Source: Caerostris darwini (lineage: Eukaryota). From it: 64,000 nucleotides of DNA. Where the stretch lies: positions 963,513-1,027,512 of the forward strand of contig BPLQ01015363.1 in assembly GCA_021605075.1 (NCBI GenBank), read 5' to 3'. The notes below the pieces were generated by a model that ran no database searches, was not told the origin of the DNA, and was given only the letters and a program-made list of their open reading frames with translations. This document shows, in pieces, positions 1 through 13,426 of the stretch (positions within the stretch are counted from its first letter, which is position 1; the number at the start of each line of letters is the position of its first letter). The translations under genes and the position numbers were made by a program.

Positions 1-73
1 TTCAATTTCTTATTTCTAAAATAATAATGTGATTGTCAATAAATACAATCAACAATTCAATTCATTTTTCCAG

Positions 74-183
74 GTTCAGGAAGTTTACTTTAGTTGGTTC
101 CGAGTTTGAAAAGGCTGTTGAAAAATTTTATTTAAATAAAAATTTTATGAAATTTTCCAAATATATGCATCGTATCTTAGCAG
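74..183 (+). CDS. WD40 gene exon 0. It starts in phase 1 after the acceptor cag at 71–73, and the donor gtaaga is at 184. An internal ATG at 147 could instead be the start codon.
   Basis: An open frame (…FRKFTLVGSEFEKAVEKFYLNKNFMKFSKYMHRILA) ends exactly at a strong donor. Its phase joins the exon starting at 4887 in frame. Confidence 0.4.
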
Positions 184-1002
184 GTAAGATGTTTCTTAAA
201 TTTTTAAAGTATTTAAAAGTGTTTAGCTTTTAATTGTTATATGACTACAGTAATATAATTGCTTATGATAGTTAATTATTATTTATATCATAGTTATTAA
301 GAAAGAGATTATTCAGATTTTTGGCATATCTTTGTCAACTTAATCTTGTCGATTTTTAATTAATCATAATTGTAAAATGAGGTTCTAATACTACTGCACT
401 CTTGAGATTACCGAAAGTTATAATTAACAAATTTGAAACCATAGTATACTTTCAAGAAAATGTAGCTTGAAAGTAAAAGAAAATTAAGTTGCATTAACAA
501 TGATTAATAATTTTATTTAAATCTTTCTGAGTGAATAATTAGGAAAATAAAAATAATTTTGATTAAAAATAGCAAATAAATTCAAAAAGTAATTCACTAA
601 TCTGTTTCTGATAATTGTTCTTAAGTGTTTTAAATGAATATTAACTTCTAAATACCTAATTTCAAGTTATGCGATCATTTTAAAACTTAGTGAATAATTC
701 AGTTCCTTCTGCGCCTAGGAATAAAACAATTATAGTGCACATGCCAACTCTACTGAATTTCAGCCCTTTCTGCCAAATTCCCTAATTGCATATAAATCTC
801 CCAAATGTATCAAATATCAGGAAATTCTTTTTTTTGTACAAGAAATAGGGAGAATTTCGAAGAAAATCCGTATCGATGAAACTGTAAAATAATCCATCAC
901 AAATGAAAAATAAAAAGCATGAAAATATCTCATCTTGAAGCTTAGCATCACTTCCTTGAAATGGTGCATGGGACTTCTTCCGTTGGAGATGCCCGCGAAT
1001 TA

Positions 1003-1285
1003 GCGACCGCCAAAAAAGCCGATGGGTCATTTGCACACTTGTTACTAGATCATACTAATAAAAAAAGGAAAGTTAAGTAAAGAACGAGTCTACGCTTAGA
1101 AATACACAATATAGCTGTCAGAATTTCTAATTAATTATTAGTAATTAATAGTAATTAATTCATTAATTAATATTTACTTGAAGTAGATGAATACAATATT
1201 AATGCAAAAAATTTAAAATGAACGAATCACAGGAACGATCTAGTAATAAATGTTCTAATGACCCATTAGCTTTCTTGGCGGTAGG
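1003..1285. repeat. Candidate foldback element or small MITE with ~30-bp terminal inverted repeats.
   Basis: The left arm at 1006–1037 reads accgccaaaaaagccgatgggtcatttgcaca. The right arm at 1252–1283 reverse-complements to accgccaagaaagctaatgggtcattagaaca, a match of about 27 of 32 positions. The inner ~220 bp is AT-rich. Confidence 0.35.
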
Positions 1286-1552
1286 CAGTTGGCCATCACC
1301 TCTTACCATTTCAGTTCTGAATGCAAATGTGAAAAGAATATATACCCTAATGCCAACTTAGTAGTTGGATGCAAGAAACAAGTTATAAGAAGAAGTAAAG
1401 TAATTTTGATTTCTAGTTATAACTTTAAAATAACTAGCACTCAATGTTGTAATTATGTGATAAAAAAATGTAAATTAAAGTAAACTTTAAAATATGGCAG
1501 TATCCTAAAAAAATTGCATGGCATCTTTTATTTTGTATTCATTTTATCAAAT

Positions 1553-1632
1553 TGCTTGTATACATTTTACAAATCAAATTGTTTGTATACATTTTACAAA
1601 TCAAATTGTTTGTATACATTTTACAAATTTAT
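1553..1632. repeat. Minisatellite made of about three copies of a 27-bp unit (caaattgtttgtatacattttacaaat).
   Basis: The tandem repetition is directly visible, and ORF 1518–1784 reads through it as IVCIHFTNQ repeated three times. Confidence 0.9.
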
Positions 1633-2003
1633 CAATTGTTGGGAATTTTTTATCAGGTAAAAATAAAATGCTTTACCAACGCGTTTTTCATATTTATTTT
1701 TATGCATTTACAATTTTGGTAAAAAAGCATAGCATTTATGGTAAACCTACTCATATATTTCATTTATTCAATAACTATAAATAACAAAAAATATCTTCAT
1801 TATTTATTAAAAATTTTATTTGAGAAAATGTGTCTGTATTCAGAGATATGCTAATATTTGCATTGGTCATGTCCCAGAGCAATTGTTTACTTTTTATTTT
1901 ATTCCTTATAATTTGTTTATTTTTATTATAGATGTGCTTATTTTGTAGAATACCTATTTAACTTAAAATTTCCTACACCAAAATCCGTATATATATATAT
2001 ATA

Positions 2004-3212
2004 CACACTGAAGTGACAAAAGTCATGGGATAGCAATATGCAAATTTTCAGATGGCAGTAGCATCGCGTAGAACAGGTATAAATGCGCAGAGCTTTCATT
2101 TCTGTTCAAGTTATTCATGTGAAGAGGTTTCGACGTGATGATGACCGCACGACGGGAATTAACAGACTTTGAACGCGAAATGTTAGTTGGAGCTAGACGC
2201 ATGGGTCATGCCATTTCGGAAATCGTTAGGGAATTCAACATTCCCAGATCCGCTGTGTCAAGAGTGTGCCGAGAGTATGAAATTTCAGGCATAACATCCC
2301 ACCATGGACAGCGCAGTGGTCGACCGCCTGCACTTAACGACCGAGACCGGCGACGTCTGCAAAGAGTCGTAAATTCTAACAGACAAGCAACACTGCGTCA
2401 AATAACCGCAGAAATCAATGTGGGACGTACAAGGGACTTGTCTGTTAGAACTGTGCGGAGAAATTTGGCTTTCTTGGGCTATTCCAGCAGAAGACCGACT
2501 CGAGTGCCTTGACTGACAGAACGACATCGCTTGCAGCGACTCTCGTGGGCACGTGAGCATATCGGTTGGTCCCTAGATGAATGGAAAACCGTGGCCTGGT
2601 CCGAGGAGTCATGATTTCAGTTGGTAAGAGCTGATGGTAGTGTTCGAGTGTGGCGCAGACCCCACGAAGACATGGACCCAAACTGTCAGCAAGGCACTGT
2701 TCAAGCTGGTGGTGGCTCCGTAATGGTGTGGGCTGTTTTTTCATGGCATGGACTTGGTCCTCTGGTGCGACTGGACCGAATATTGACTGGAAATGCTTAT
2801 GTTCAGCTACTTGGAGATCACTTGCAGCCATTCATGGAATTCATGTACCCAAACAACGATGGGATTTTTATGGATGACAATGCGCCATGTCACCGGGCCA
2901 CAACTGTTCGCGATTGGTTTGAAGAACATTCTGGACAATTCCAACGAATGATCTGGCCACCTAGATCACCCGACATGAATCCCATCGAGCATTTATGGGG
3001 CATCATCGAGAGGTCTGCTCGTGCCCAAAATCCTGCACCATCAACGCTTTCACAATTATGGACGTCTATCGAGACAGCATGGCTCAATATTCCTGCAGAA
3101 GACTTCCAACGACTTGTTGAGTCCACGCCACGTCGAGTTGCTGCACTTCGCCGGGCGAAAGGAAGGCCGACACGATATGAAGAGGTATCCCATGACTTTT
3201 GTCACTTCAGTA
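2004..3212 (+). mobile_element. Defective Tc1/mariner-superfamily DNA transposon (Tc1-like, family A) lying in intron 0 of the WD40 gene.
   Basis: It has ~24-bp terminal inverted repeats: cactgaagtgacaaaagtcatggg at 2006–2030 and its reverse complement at 3188–3211. Both ends abut (TA)n tracts, consistent with a TA target site. The internal transposase ORF shows a paired-like HTH N-terminus and the Tc1 catalytic C-terminus (DDNAPCH…SPDMNPIEHLW). Confidence 0.85.
2135..3180 (+). pseudogene. Pseudogenised Tc1-like transposase.
   Basis: The reading frame is split between ORFs 2135–2512 and 2621–3247, indicating a frameshift. There is an in-frame TGA within …VAWSEES*FQLVRADG…, and the first catalytic motif reads WSEES rather than FSDES. 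Confidence 0.8.
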
Positions 3213-3236
3213 TATATATATATATATATATATATT
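3211..3236. repeat. (TA)n microsatellite abutting the right end of Tc1-A. Similar (TA)n tracts occur at 1991–2003, 6829–6850 and 52257–52284.
   Basis: The repeat is directly visible in the sequence. Confidence 0.9.
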
Positions 3237-4886
3237 TATTTATTTAGTTATGAAATATATTCAGGCAAGTATCCCAAATTTTCTTTCCTCGATGTTGCCA
3301 GCTATGTTATAGATAATAACTTTCATCTTTAAAAAAAATAATTCATGGTATTTAACAATTTATAATCATTTACCTTTAAATATATTTTATTATATTTATA
3401 ATATTTCTTCATATGACAATTTATTTATAAATAAATATTTATAAATGTTTTTTTTTATATATATATATTATTTGTAAAAAAATGCTTTTTGTTTTGTTTG
3501 TGTCTCCACCTTAAAAGTTTTTTTTTTCTTCTATAAAATGAGTAATTTATTTCAATTTGTTTCTTTGAATATTTCATATTTGTTTTCTGAAATGTTTTTA
3601 AAGGAAACTATATTACATTCCTTTTGTCATATAAATTTTTAGCAAAATTTATTTTAAATAATAGGAAGTTCCCTATAATAACAAGGAAACTTAATTTCTA
3701 TTTTGTTTTAATTTTAAAAATATTTAGAAAAAAAAGTCATTAGATTTAGTCACTTGAAGTAGAATTAAATTTACGATTCCTCTATTTGTATAAGAGATTT
3801 AATTTAGAGAGCACAAAAATATTTGAAATTTATGGTTTGTTTTATTATTTGAATTTTTTTACAATTTTTTTCATTTTATAGTAAGAAGGATGGATTCTTT
3901 GAAATTCTCTCTAAAATCTTCTTTCTCTTGTACCAGAATTACTCAGTCACATTTTAGTATTTCTCCCAATTTTTTTGTTGTTCTTAAATTTTCTCTTGAT
4001 TTTTACTTGTTTCTTGTCCCAGATTATTAAAAAAATCTTATGATTTTTTCTTTGAGAGATTGGCATGTAATCCTACACTTTAAATTTTTCTATTTGGTTA
4101 TAATTCAGTTTGACTATTCGTCTCTTATTTATTATTAAATAACATAACCATCCTAATTATGTTCACAAAAATGTATATTGTAATACTTTAAGCAAAATAT
4201 GTAAAGATTTATTACTGAAACAAAAATATAAAGGAAAAATTTGATGTAGAAAGCTAAATAAAAATTTTGGCAGCAAAATAATTTAGAAGAAACAGGAAGT
4301 AATAATTTTGTACCACTAACCATTATCACCATAAGAATTACCATTTATTAAGATAAGAATCACCATTTATTTGTTTATATTTATATATTTTTCTTTTTTC
4401 TAATACTGTGTAATACTAAATTTGAACTAATTGTAGTTCAAATTTCTTTCTTTTTTTTAAATTTTGTATTTTTGTATTGATATACTTTATTATTTATTTT
4501 TTGAAAATTATAAATTCTCAAAATTTAGATTAGTTTGTTTTTTGAATTGCTACAATTTTGAAATTTATTATGGCATTGAGAAATATTTTTCTTTTTTAAA
4601 AGATATTTATTGAATAAAAGCTTTATAATTTTTGGAAATTATGCGTGTGTGTGTCAGTTATAATATAATTAAGTACCATTGATACAATTCATTTTAAAAA
4701 TTATGTGTTAACATTGAATAAATGAAGATTGATTTATATTAAATTTTATAAAATATACGAACTGATATTGTCAATTCAAAGTTTTTCACAAGTTTAATTG
4801 TTTTGTGGTAAAATGCATGTATATATATATTTTTTTATCATAATGCATTTTATTCACTTTTATTGATTGTTTGTTTTCTTTTAAAG

Positions 4887-5196
4887 CTTACTACTATACC
4901 ATTTGTGATATTGAAAAGACTGGTTCGTGGAAAGGTTGTTCAGGATCTGCATATAGAGGATTAATTTACCATTTGTTCAATGGAGAATGCTACTTAGAAC
5001 TAGCTAGTTACCTTTGTTCTCTTCAGTTCTTGGAAGCCATATTCCGTATAGAAGCAGCAAATTCTCTTTTAGAATATTATTCACTTTTATTTGAAGAACG
5101 TCAAAATAGAAGTAATGAAATTATAAGGAAAATTGATTTTCCTCTGCTGACATCATTTTATGATTTCATATCACGCAACCTACATATTTTTCAGAT
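4887..5196 (+). CDS. WD40 gene exon 1.
   Basis: The exon follows acceptor ttttaaag and ends at donor gtgagt (5197). The ORF reads AYYYTICDIEKTGSWKGC…SFYDFISRNLHIFQ. Confidence 0.55.
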
Positions 5197-5895
5197 GTGA
5201 GTGATTATTTTTTTAGTGCAGTATTTACATGTGATATTTATGGAACTACTATATAGAATATTTCTCTGATTTAACAATTCAATTTCTTATTGTTACTTCC
5301 TTTTTGATAGATATATTAAAACATAACATCATATTTGCTAGAAGAAATCTTTATCTACATGCTTCATTATTTAAATATAATTAGTATTTATGTATAAATA
5401 AAAAAATTTAATGTTTTACATCAGTTTTTTTTTTTTAATTTCAAATATTTTACCAATTTTATAAAGCAGTAAATTTAATTATAATAGAAAATTCTAACAA
5501 TTTAAAAAATTTTCTTTGTAGCTGTTATATCAATAATAAAAAAGAAAATTAAAATTATTCAATTTTCAGAAAAGAAAATTAGTTAATAATTACTGATACT
5601 TTTTTTTAAATTGTAAATCTATTTTTAATAAAAGTTCATTTGAAAAGCCATCTGTATAGTTATTGATTTGGGATGTTGAGTTAAATATTCCAAACTGTAA
5701 AATATCTATATGTAAATTACAAATGAAATGTCTTCATAACAGATTCCATTATTACTTTTTGACTTTATCATTTTTATAGGAAATGTGTAATAATAATGAA
5801 ATGTAATGTGAAATTTTAGAGTCTTGACAAGATATTTTTATTTATCTATTAAAAGGTGTATTTATCATGATAATTGCATTATACTTCTATGTTAG

Positions 5896-6055
5896 ATGTC
5901 CTGATTTGGTTATGCAACAAGCTTTAAATGAACCTTCAGAATCTTTAGTGAAAAGAAATCTTCAAGGAAATGTTATTTATAAATTGCCTGTTATTGAGTG
6001 TCTTTCACAATATGAAGGAGATCCTAGAATTGCAACACTAAGGGGTTTTTTTAAG
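5896..6055 (+). CDS. WD40 gene exon 2.
   Basis: The exon follows acceptor tatgttag and ends at donor gtatga (6056). The ORF reads CPDLVMQQALNEPSESLV…IATLRGFFK, and its phase matches exon 1. Confidence 0.6.
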
Positions 6056-6974
6056 GTATGAGATCTTTATCTAATTTTATGTCTTCCAAAAGTATTAAAT
6101 TCTTATAATATAATTTTTTATATTTTAGTAATTAAACTAAAATGTAAAAGAACATTTATCCAATTAAATTAAATGAAAGATAATTGTAATTCCTATGTGA
6201 TTACCATATTGAAAATTATTTATTTAAAACTTTAATTAACTAATATTGTGTTTTAATTTTAATTTCTAATGTTAAATTATCATTTAATATTTGATACTAT
6301 TTAAAAATGTTTTATAAAAAAATCATAATAAGAATAATGTAAGTAATTCAATGAGTATTTTACAGTTAGCTTAAAAAATTATGTTTGGTGAAAATATATT
6401 AAGTAACAGTAATGTGGTATAAAATTTCATCCATGTATTTAGATATAGTTAATTTTTTATTCAAGCATTCTTGTCATGCAGGAGAATGATTATTCTCAAT
6501 ATATCTTCCTAACTCTAATTCCATTTAATTATTCTTAAAAAAATTAAACTTTTTTTTTCCAAAATAAATTAAATTTTGTAGGAATTTTTTTATATAAATT
6601 TTTTTCTATTTTAACTTTTATATTCATCTTTAAAATTCTTAGCATTCTTCAACACATTTTTTTATCCTTACTTTTATATTTATATTGTAACATTTAATTT
6701 TCTTTTTATGTAATTGCAATCATGTAATTGCATTCAAAAAAATGTCATCTGGATAATTACTTTATGAATTACAAAATTGCTTTTTTTCCCTTATTATTGT
6801 GCAAACTAACAATAATTTTTTTTCTATTATATATATATATATATATATACATTTTAAAAATACCCATATGCATTTATATTATATGTATGCATGCATATGA
6901 GTATTTTTAAATAAGTATTTATGTATGTAATAAAATAAATACTTTAATTTAAATGATTGAATTTCTTTATGTAG

Positions 6975-7070
6975 AATATAACTGCTGTTGTTTGTCAAAA
7001 AAATACACCTCATGCATTATTAGGAAGTGAAGATGGTTATTTAAAAGTTCTTGATTTTACATCAAAAAAG
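6975..7070 (+). CDS. WD40 gene exon 3.
   Basis: The exon follows acceptor tttatgtag and ends at donor gtgaga. The ORF reads NITAVVCQKNTPHALLGSEDGYLKVLDFTSKK. Confidence 0.7.
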
Positions 7071-8875
7071 GTGAGAAAATCTGGTTAATTTTTCTTAGCT
7101 TTTGTAATTTTAATTCCCACATGTATTTAGCATATTTCGTTTGAGAATTATTAGCATAACTATTTAAATTTGCTCTAGCGAATAATTAAAAAAAATCTGC
7201 ATAAATAAGACATTGAATATAATTATTTAGAGGAAAGATCACAAAACACGGTAAAAAAGGATAATGAATTGTATATAAGTGGGGCCAGCGAAATTCTTTC
7301 ATCACACTCTTCTGGGCCTCAATGCTGATTTTGTGAGGCGAGCTTCTTTCAGGCTGACGACAAACGTTTGTGATTGTAGAAACAGCATTTAAATTTAAAT
7401 ATTTATTTTAACCAATAGAACCATATTATGAAACCTGCCTTGAATTGTTTTATTTACAAATGTTTTTTTTTAATATGATTAAAAAAAATTTTAAAAGTAG
7501 ATAATATCCCGTCTTAAATATTTTTTATCTTATTTTGTTCAGAAATATTTCCCAAAAAATTTCTGCAGTGCAAATTAATTCTTTTAATTAAATAGTTTAT
7601 TTATAAAAATTTATGAACAAATAACCCATACAGTTTGTATATATATAACAAAATATATTTTCTAAATTTTTATTTATTTGTGAAGTTAAATTTTTCTAGA
7701 GAAATTGTAAAAAAATTTAGTTCAATGGTGGAAAAGTTCATTTTAATCCTGAAAAGTTTTTATTTGAATGTTAGCAAATTATTTAATATAACAAAATATT
7801 ATTATTTTGCATCATTCCAAAACAATAAGAAAACCATTCACGATACAAAAATACTTTTTATATTTACATTTATGGCATAAAAAGTTAGTTTTGGTGAAGA
7901 ACTTTGGGATTTCTAAACAATTGTAGTTTAATGAATGTCAGAATTATTTCTAGTTAAAAACAAAGCTAAATTATCTAGCCATTATCACTTTATATTAATC
8001 TTATACAAAATCATATCTAAATACTAAATGGTTAGTATAAAACTTCTAATACTAAATATATAATAGTTAATAATCTAATTCTCAATCAAAATATATGCAA
8101 TTATATACATAGTGAATCGAAAATACATATTAATAAATTTTCAAATTATCAATTTTTTTTCTAAACTAAGTATACAAAATACATGCAATTCATTCTTTTT
8201 ACCTTAACATAATTATTAATAAAAATATTAACTGAATCAGTTAAACAATGTTTAGTTAAAATTTCTGCTTTAGGTGTTCAAATACATTGAGTTTCTGGAA
8301 TAAAAGAATATCTAATTTTTCTAAAACAGAATAACTAGTTTTTGAATGTTTGAATGTTAGCAAATTTATTTAATATAACATTTTTGATTTTTACACCCCA
8401 AGGATATACTTTAATATTTATGGTTGATAATTTTTAAAACTATTATGTAAGTTTTAACAATGTCAACAATAAATTGAGTCTGGTATTTTAAAATACCTTT
8501 GTTAATAATAATTACTGTCCACAAGCTTTTAATATGCCAGTTGTTACCATTCAGTGAACCTGTGCTATTACTTTCTGTATATTTGTGTAATATCAGAAAC
8601 TGATTTACTCTCTTTTCTTGAAACTGAAATTAGAAAAGAACTATGTGACAAAGGTATTATTATTGCCCATCAAATTACAATTTAAAAAAACCCTAAAAAC
8701 ATTCCCACAAAATAAATTGTTTCTTGCAAGTATATCAATTATATTTTGTGACGAACTCAGAGTTGGTAAGAAATAGCTTTATAATTATTATTATAAGGGC
8801 TTTAAAAATTAAATAATTAAAAAATGTTTAAGGTTTAATCTTATAATGCAACATGTGTCTATTTTTGTTTTATAG

Positions 8876-9000
8876 ATTATTAGAAGTGTTAAAAGTCATT
8901 CATCTTCGATAACTTTTATATGTTTGGCTGGAAAGAATAGAATATGTACTGCATCTACAGATACCACATTAAGTATTTGGAGCAGTGTTGACTACAGCCG
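8876..9000 (+). CDS. WD40 gene exon 4.
   Basis: The exon follows acceptor ttttatag and ends at donor gtatga. The ORF reads IIRSVKSHSSSITFICLAGKNRICTASTDTTLSIWSSVDYS. Confidence 0.7.
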
Positions 9001-10524
9001 GTATGAGAATAATTAGAAAATATCCTGAATATTTCTATCATATTGTTATATGTTCCATTTTATTAATACTTAAATATCTGTAAATACATGCTTCTTTTTA
9101 TTTTAAAATGCGTGAGTTGCATTTCATGAAAGGGGTACAAAAATATTAAACACCTAAATATCATTTTTTTTTATAATACTATAAAAATATATATTAGTTT
9201 TCCAATTTTTCCAATCATTACTTATAAAGATATGTAAGTGATTAATTATTAGTTGTCCTGTACTGAACTATGATATTTAATTTAACACATTTTAAAAATA
9301 TATTACTTTTAAAACATTCTTTCTATATTTTGATTAAAAATTTCACAAAAAGAAAAATGCTCATGAAACATATGGAATAAAATTTATAATTCAATTACAT
9401 TATGGAAAGAAATTATTTTGTCCATGGTTTCTTTTTATTAGGTCTCTCATATGTTTCAGCTAGTAATATTTCCATCTGTCTTTGGTTGTATAATCGATTT
9501 TTACTAATTATTTGTAAATATTCATTTTCATTGTAATCAAGAAGAATTTTTAAGTAATTGCATAAATTGTTATGGTCTGTTAATATTGCTTTGGAATTTT
9601 TTCTTAAATATTACATGTGTTATTCTTCCTCATAAGTCAAATCGAATGATGGAAAGTAAGGTATACCCTGTAGAAAAAGTGATAATTCAACTGATAATTA
9701 TCTTATAATATTTGGAGTTTTCAAATTAAATTGAGGATGCAGATAGAAGATAGACTTAAATATTTTTTTTTTTTTTTATCTGTTTTAATAGCAGTAAAAA
9801 AAAGTTTCAATAGTTGTGATTTATTGGCATTTTTCTGGGCTGTTTAAAAAATAATGTAATAATCCATGATAAAATCGTTCTTTTTTGTAGGGGACTGGTA
9901 ATATGATTAATACTGCTAAAATAGTACTTTAAACAATATCTGATGTCTGTTATAAACAGAACTTCAATCATTCCAAAAAGACCATTTCAGAAATTGATGT
10001 CAAATTATTTAAAATATTACATTATAGCTGTGTAACCTGGAAATTATAAATTTCCTTAAAGAAATTTAGATTTTTTTGTTTTTAATATATTTTAGATTTA
10101 TAATTTACATTAAAATTTATAGCCAGTTATGAAAAAGGAGTTTTTACTTTATTGAAACACCAAACTGCAATTCCCATTTTTATTTTCTAAGTTATTTCTT
10201 ATTTCACAGATCAAATTGATTCAATAATAAATAATGCTTCTCAAAAATAAATAAAAAATAATTATATTACAACATTTTTGTTTATTTCTCATAGTGGATA
10301 CTAATACAATATTTTTTAATCATATATAACTATAAAAAAAAATCAATACTAATTTATTGATAGAGATTATTCAATAAAAAATCGCTTTAAAATAAATCAA
10401 ATATTTTATGCTTGGGATAAAAATGTTTTACATTTTTGTTTTTATTTTTGCATAAAAATAAGGATAAATATAACAAATTTATCCTATTTCTTGCTATCAA
10501 TAAATTAGAATTTTTTTTCATTAG

Positions 10525-10671
10525 AATCTCTGTGCTCAAAGGACATAGACATATTGTTTCTTGTTGTTGTGCTGACTACTCAAGCAATATTTTGCTCTCA
10601 TCTGGATGGGATAATTCTGTTCGGTTATGGAGCTTGAAAGATGGAAGATTCATTTCAACCATTGAATTTGG
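10525..10671 (+). CDS. WD40 gene exon 5.
   Basis: The exon follows acceptor ttttttttcattag and ends at donor gtattg. The ORF reads ISVLKGHRHIVSCCCADYSSNILLSSGWDNSVRLWSLKDGRFISTIEF, a canonical WD repeat. Confidence 0.7.
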
Positions 10672-13426
10672 GTATTGCTTTTTTAAAAGTTTTCTCTTTA
10701 AAATAACAAAGCTATATTTTTACCTTTAGTATATTATATTATTAAGCTTTAATAATTAAATGTTTTTATCTTCTCTTACTACTGAAGAATTGAATCAAAT
10801 AACATAAATTATATTCAGAGAAATAGGTATGTAATATCTTAAAATGAAACTACCTTATCAATTATGCCTTTTTGTATTTAAATGAAATTGAAGCAGCTAA
10901 TTTCTTAACTATTTTCATTTAGAATTAATATTCAATTTTGAACTAATATTTGTTTGTTTTAACTGATACCGTATAAAAAAAAAGGTTCTTCATGAAAATT
11001 AATTTTTTTTTCTATTATAAAAATTAATCAGGAAATCTACAAATATTGTGTGTAATTTACATATGATAAATAATTTAATTCATTTGCCTTATATTATCTA
11101 GTAAAAAGATATCATAAAGAATTAAGCAATGATAGAAGCAGATAAAGCAAGTGCAAATATTGTTAAATATTTTTTCATTTATTTCAAATATATATATATT
11201 TTTTCAAATTCATATTATATTTTTAACTATAAGTACATTATTATATTATATTATTATTACATAACTATATAATACTAGTACATATAACCTGCATTGCTTC
11301 ACTTCAGAAAATAAAACTTAGCTCTTTTGTTTAAATTCACATATGTTCAAGACAGCATCTTATCTTTCTTTATTTCTAGTATTGGTCATTCTCGACCAAT
11401 TAGATTCATTCCAATTTTTTGATATCTCCTCATTTTCTATAGATCTATGTGCTGTTCTTCGTTTAGAGTCAATTCTGGTCTGATTAAATATTTTTTTTCC
11501 TTAAGATTTCAAATTGAAAAATAAAAACCGTGTGAAGTACAACAAACTCTTTCTCCCAACCTCATGCTAGGACAAGCTGGGCTAACAAATTTTGAGCATC
11601 CAAAGATGTAAGAGTAGAGAATCCCAGGGGGGGGAAAGGGTCAAAAACTCAGGCAGTACAAAAGCATATAAAATAATGTCAACCATGGCAGTCGCCAAAT
11701 TGGTTTAAAACCTAATTTATAATAAATTGGGTATTTTTTTTAACTAATACTGATTCAGTTTTGAATTTTATTTTTAATGGGATCCAGGCTTTATATTAGA
11801 AGTATCTCTGGCAAATTTTAGGAAATTTAGATGTAATTTGAGGCCATGCATGAGTAAACACTCGCACAATTTTTGATTAAATATGTATATAATTATGCAA
11901 TATTATTTAGTATTTTACTTAAATATATTTTTTTCGTAAACTAAATATAGAGATGCAAATTTACATTGCAAACTTTTATTAATCATGATAAAACAGAGAT
12001 ATTTTACTATTTCATATCCTTCAAGATATGCATAATTTCATTTTGATTTTTGTTGATTGTATGAGTTATATAATTAGTATCTGTTAAAAATAACAATACG
12101 CATTTATAAAATATCATTGCATTTTTAATGATAAAAATTATTTTTAATTCAGAAGAAATCTATCCCAAAATTTAATGCTTTAGACGACTTACTAGCAACT
12201 TGCTATCGTTTCAGAAATCGTATAATCATATATCATCGATTTTTATTGAAAAACCTTCCAGTAAATATCGCTGTGGAATACATACTAGAACTTTTAGCTT
12301 CGTCATCAGCTGTAAAGCTTATTGATCTGTTATCAGTTAAAATAGTAGTTTAGTGAACCATTTTTGGCCTCTAATGCCATCTGAATGTGAAACATATATC
12401 CAAGAGCTCTGAGGATTTTATTTCTTAACTCTTTTTCTTAAAATCTAATATAGAATATTTTCAGCTTACAGATTTATCCTGTATCCCCAACGAGTTGTTT
12501 CAGATATGTTGTGCTTAAAAAAAAACCTTCAAAAGCTTACCGCTTTAATTTGTGTCTCTTTTCAACAATAGAATTCAAGGCTTATTCTGTCTTAAAATAA
12601 AATAAAATTTTACTTTTTATAATAAAAAATGTATATTTCTTAAAAAAGGTTTTTTAGTTTAAAAATATTAAATTGCATTTATCTAATAACAAATTAAAAA
12701 ATTATTTCCTTATAATGTTTAAAATATATTATATTTCAATGCCTACTAACAGGCATGGCATGGTGTTATACAGATTAAATTTAAATAATAATAATAAAAT
12801 GTTTTTTATCATATTCTGCTGAGCAAACATTTGAGTATAATAAAATACAAATTTAGAAGAGTTTCGAGCGAAAATTTATTTTATCTCTTTAAACTTGATT
12901 TGTTTATCACATACCAACACACAATCTAAAATTTAAAAACAAACGATTAATTTAAGTGTTATCCTACAAAAATACATAAAATTGTGGTGTTGCCATATTT
13001 TAAAACCTAAAATTAAAACAAAAACCTGATTCTGGAAATAACTAGCTACACCGTTTACTTAACACACACGATAACCATTATGTATAACCGCAATAACCCA
13101 TACCGCATTATAAACCAACAAGTTCGCATGCCTTCAGAGACTTATATTATATAATTAGAAAAGGAAACACACTCACATGAAATAATTCACAAACAAATTC
13201 ATAATTTTAAATATAAACAAAAGTGAATTTATTATTATTTACAAATTTAAGGTTGTAATAAGTTTTGCAATTAACCTTATCTAAGTAACTGTGAAATTCG
13301 GATAATGCATTAATATAAATGTAACCTATACAAGTTGCCGCAATTCTAAATTAATATTTAATAATAAAATAATATGGTGGTAGACCTTACAGTTCATAAC
13401 TTGCAACGACAGCTGGGGAAGAGGTG

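Noticed and set aside
1553-1632. Tandem repeats considered as possible CRISPR arrays (also 31958–32040).
   Set aside because: They are perfect or near-perfect tandem units with no spacers, in intron-containing eukaryotic DNA.
1518-1784. ORF MASFILYSFYQIACIHFTNQIVCIHFTNQ….
   Set aside because: It reads through the 27-bp minisatellite and is low complexity.
2285-2831. Minus-strand ORFs 2285–2560 and 2445–2831.
   Set aside because: They are antisense to the Tc1-A transposase. The GC-rich element interior generates open frames on the opposite strand.
10436-10729. ORF 10436–10729, considered as one exon.
   Set aside because: Only 10525–10671 is bounded by splice sites and phase-consistent. The N-terminal MFLFLHKNKDKYNK… portion is intronic AT-rich read-through.
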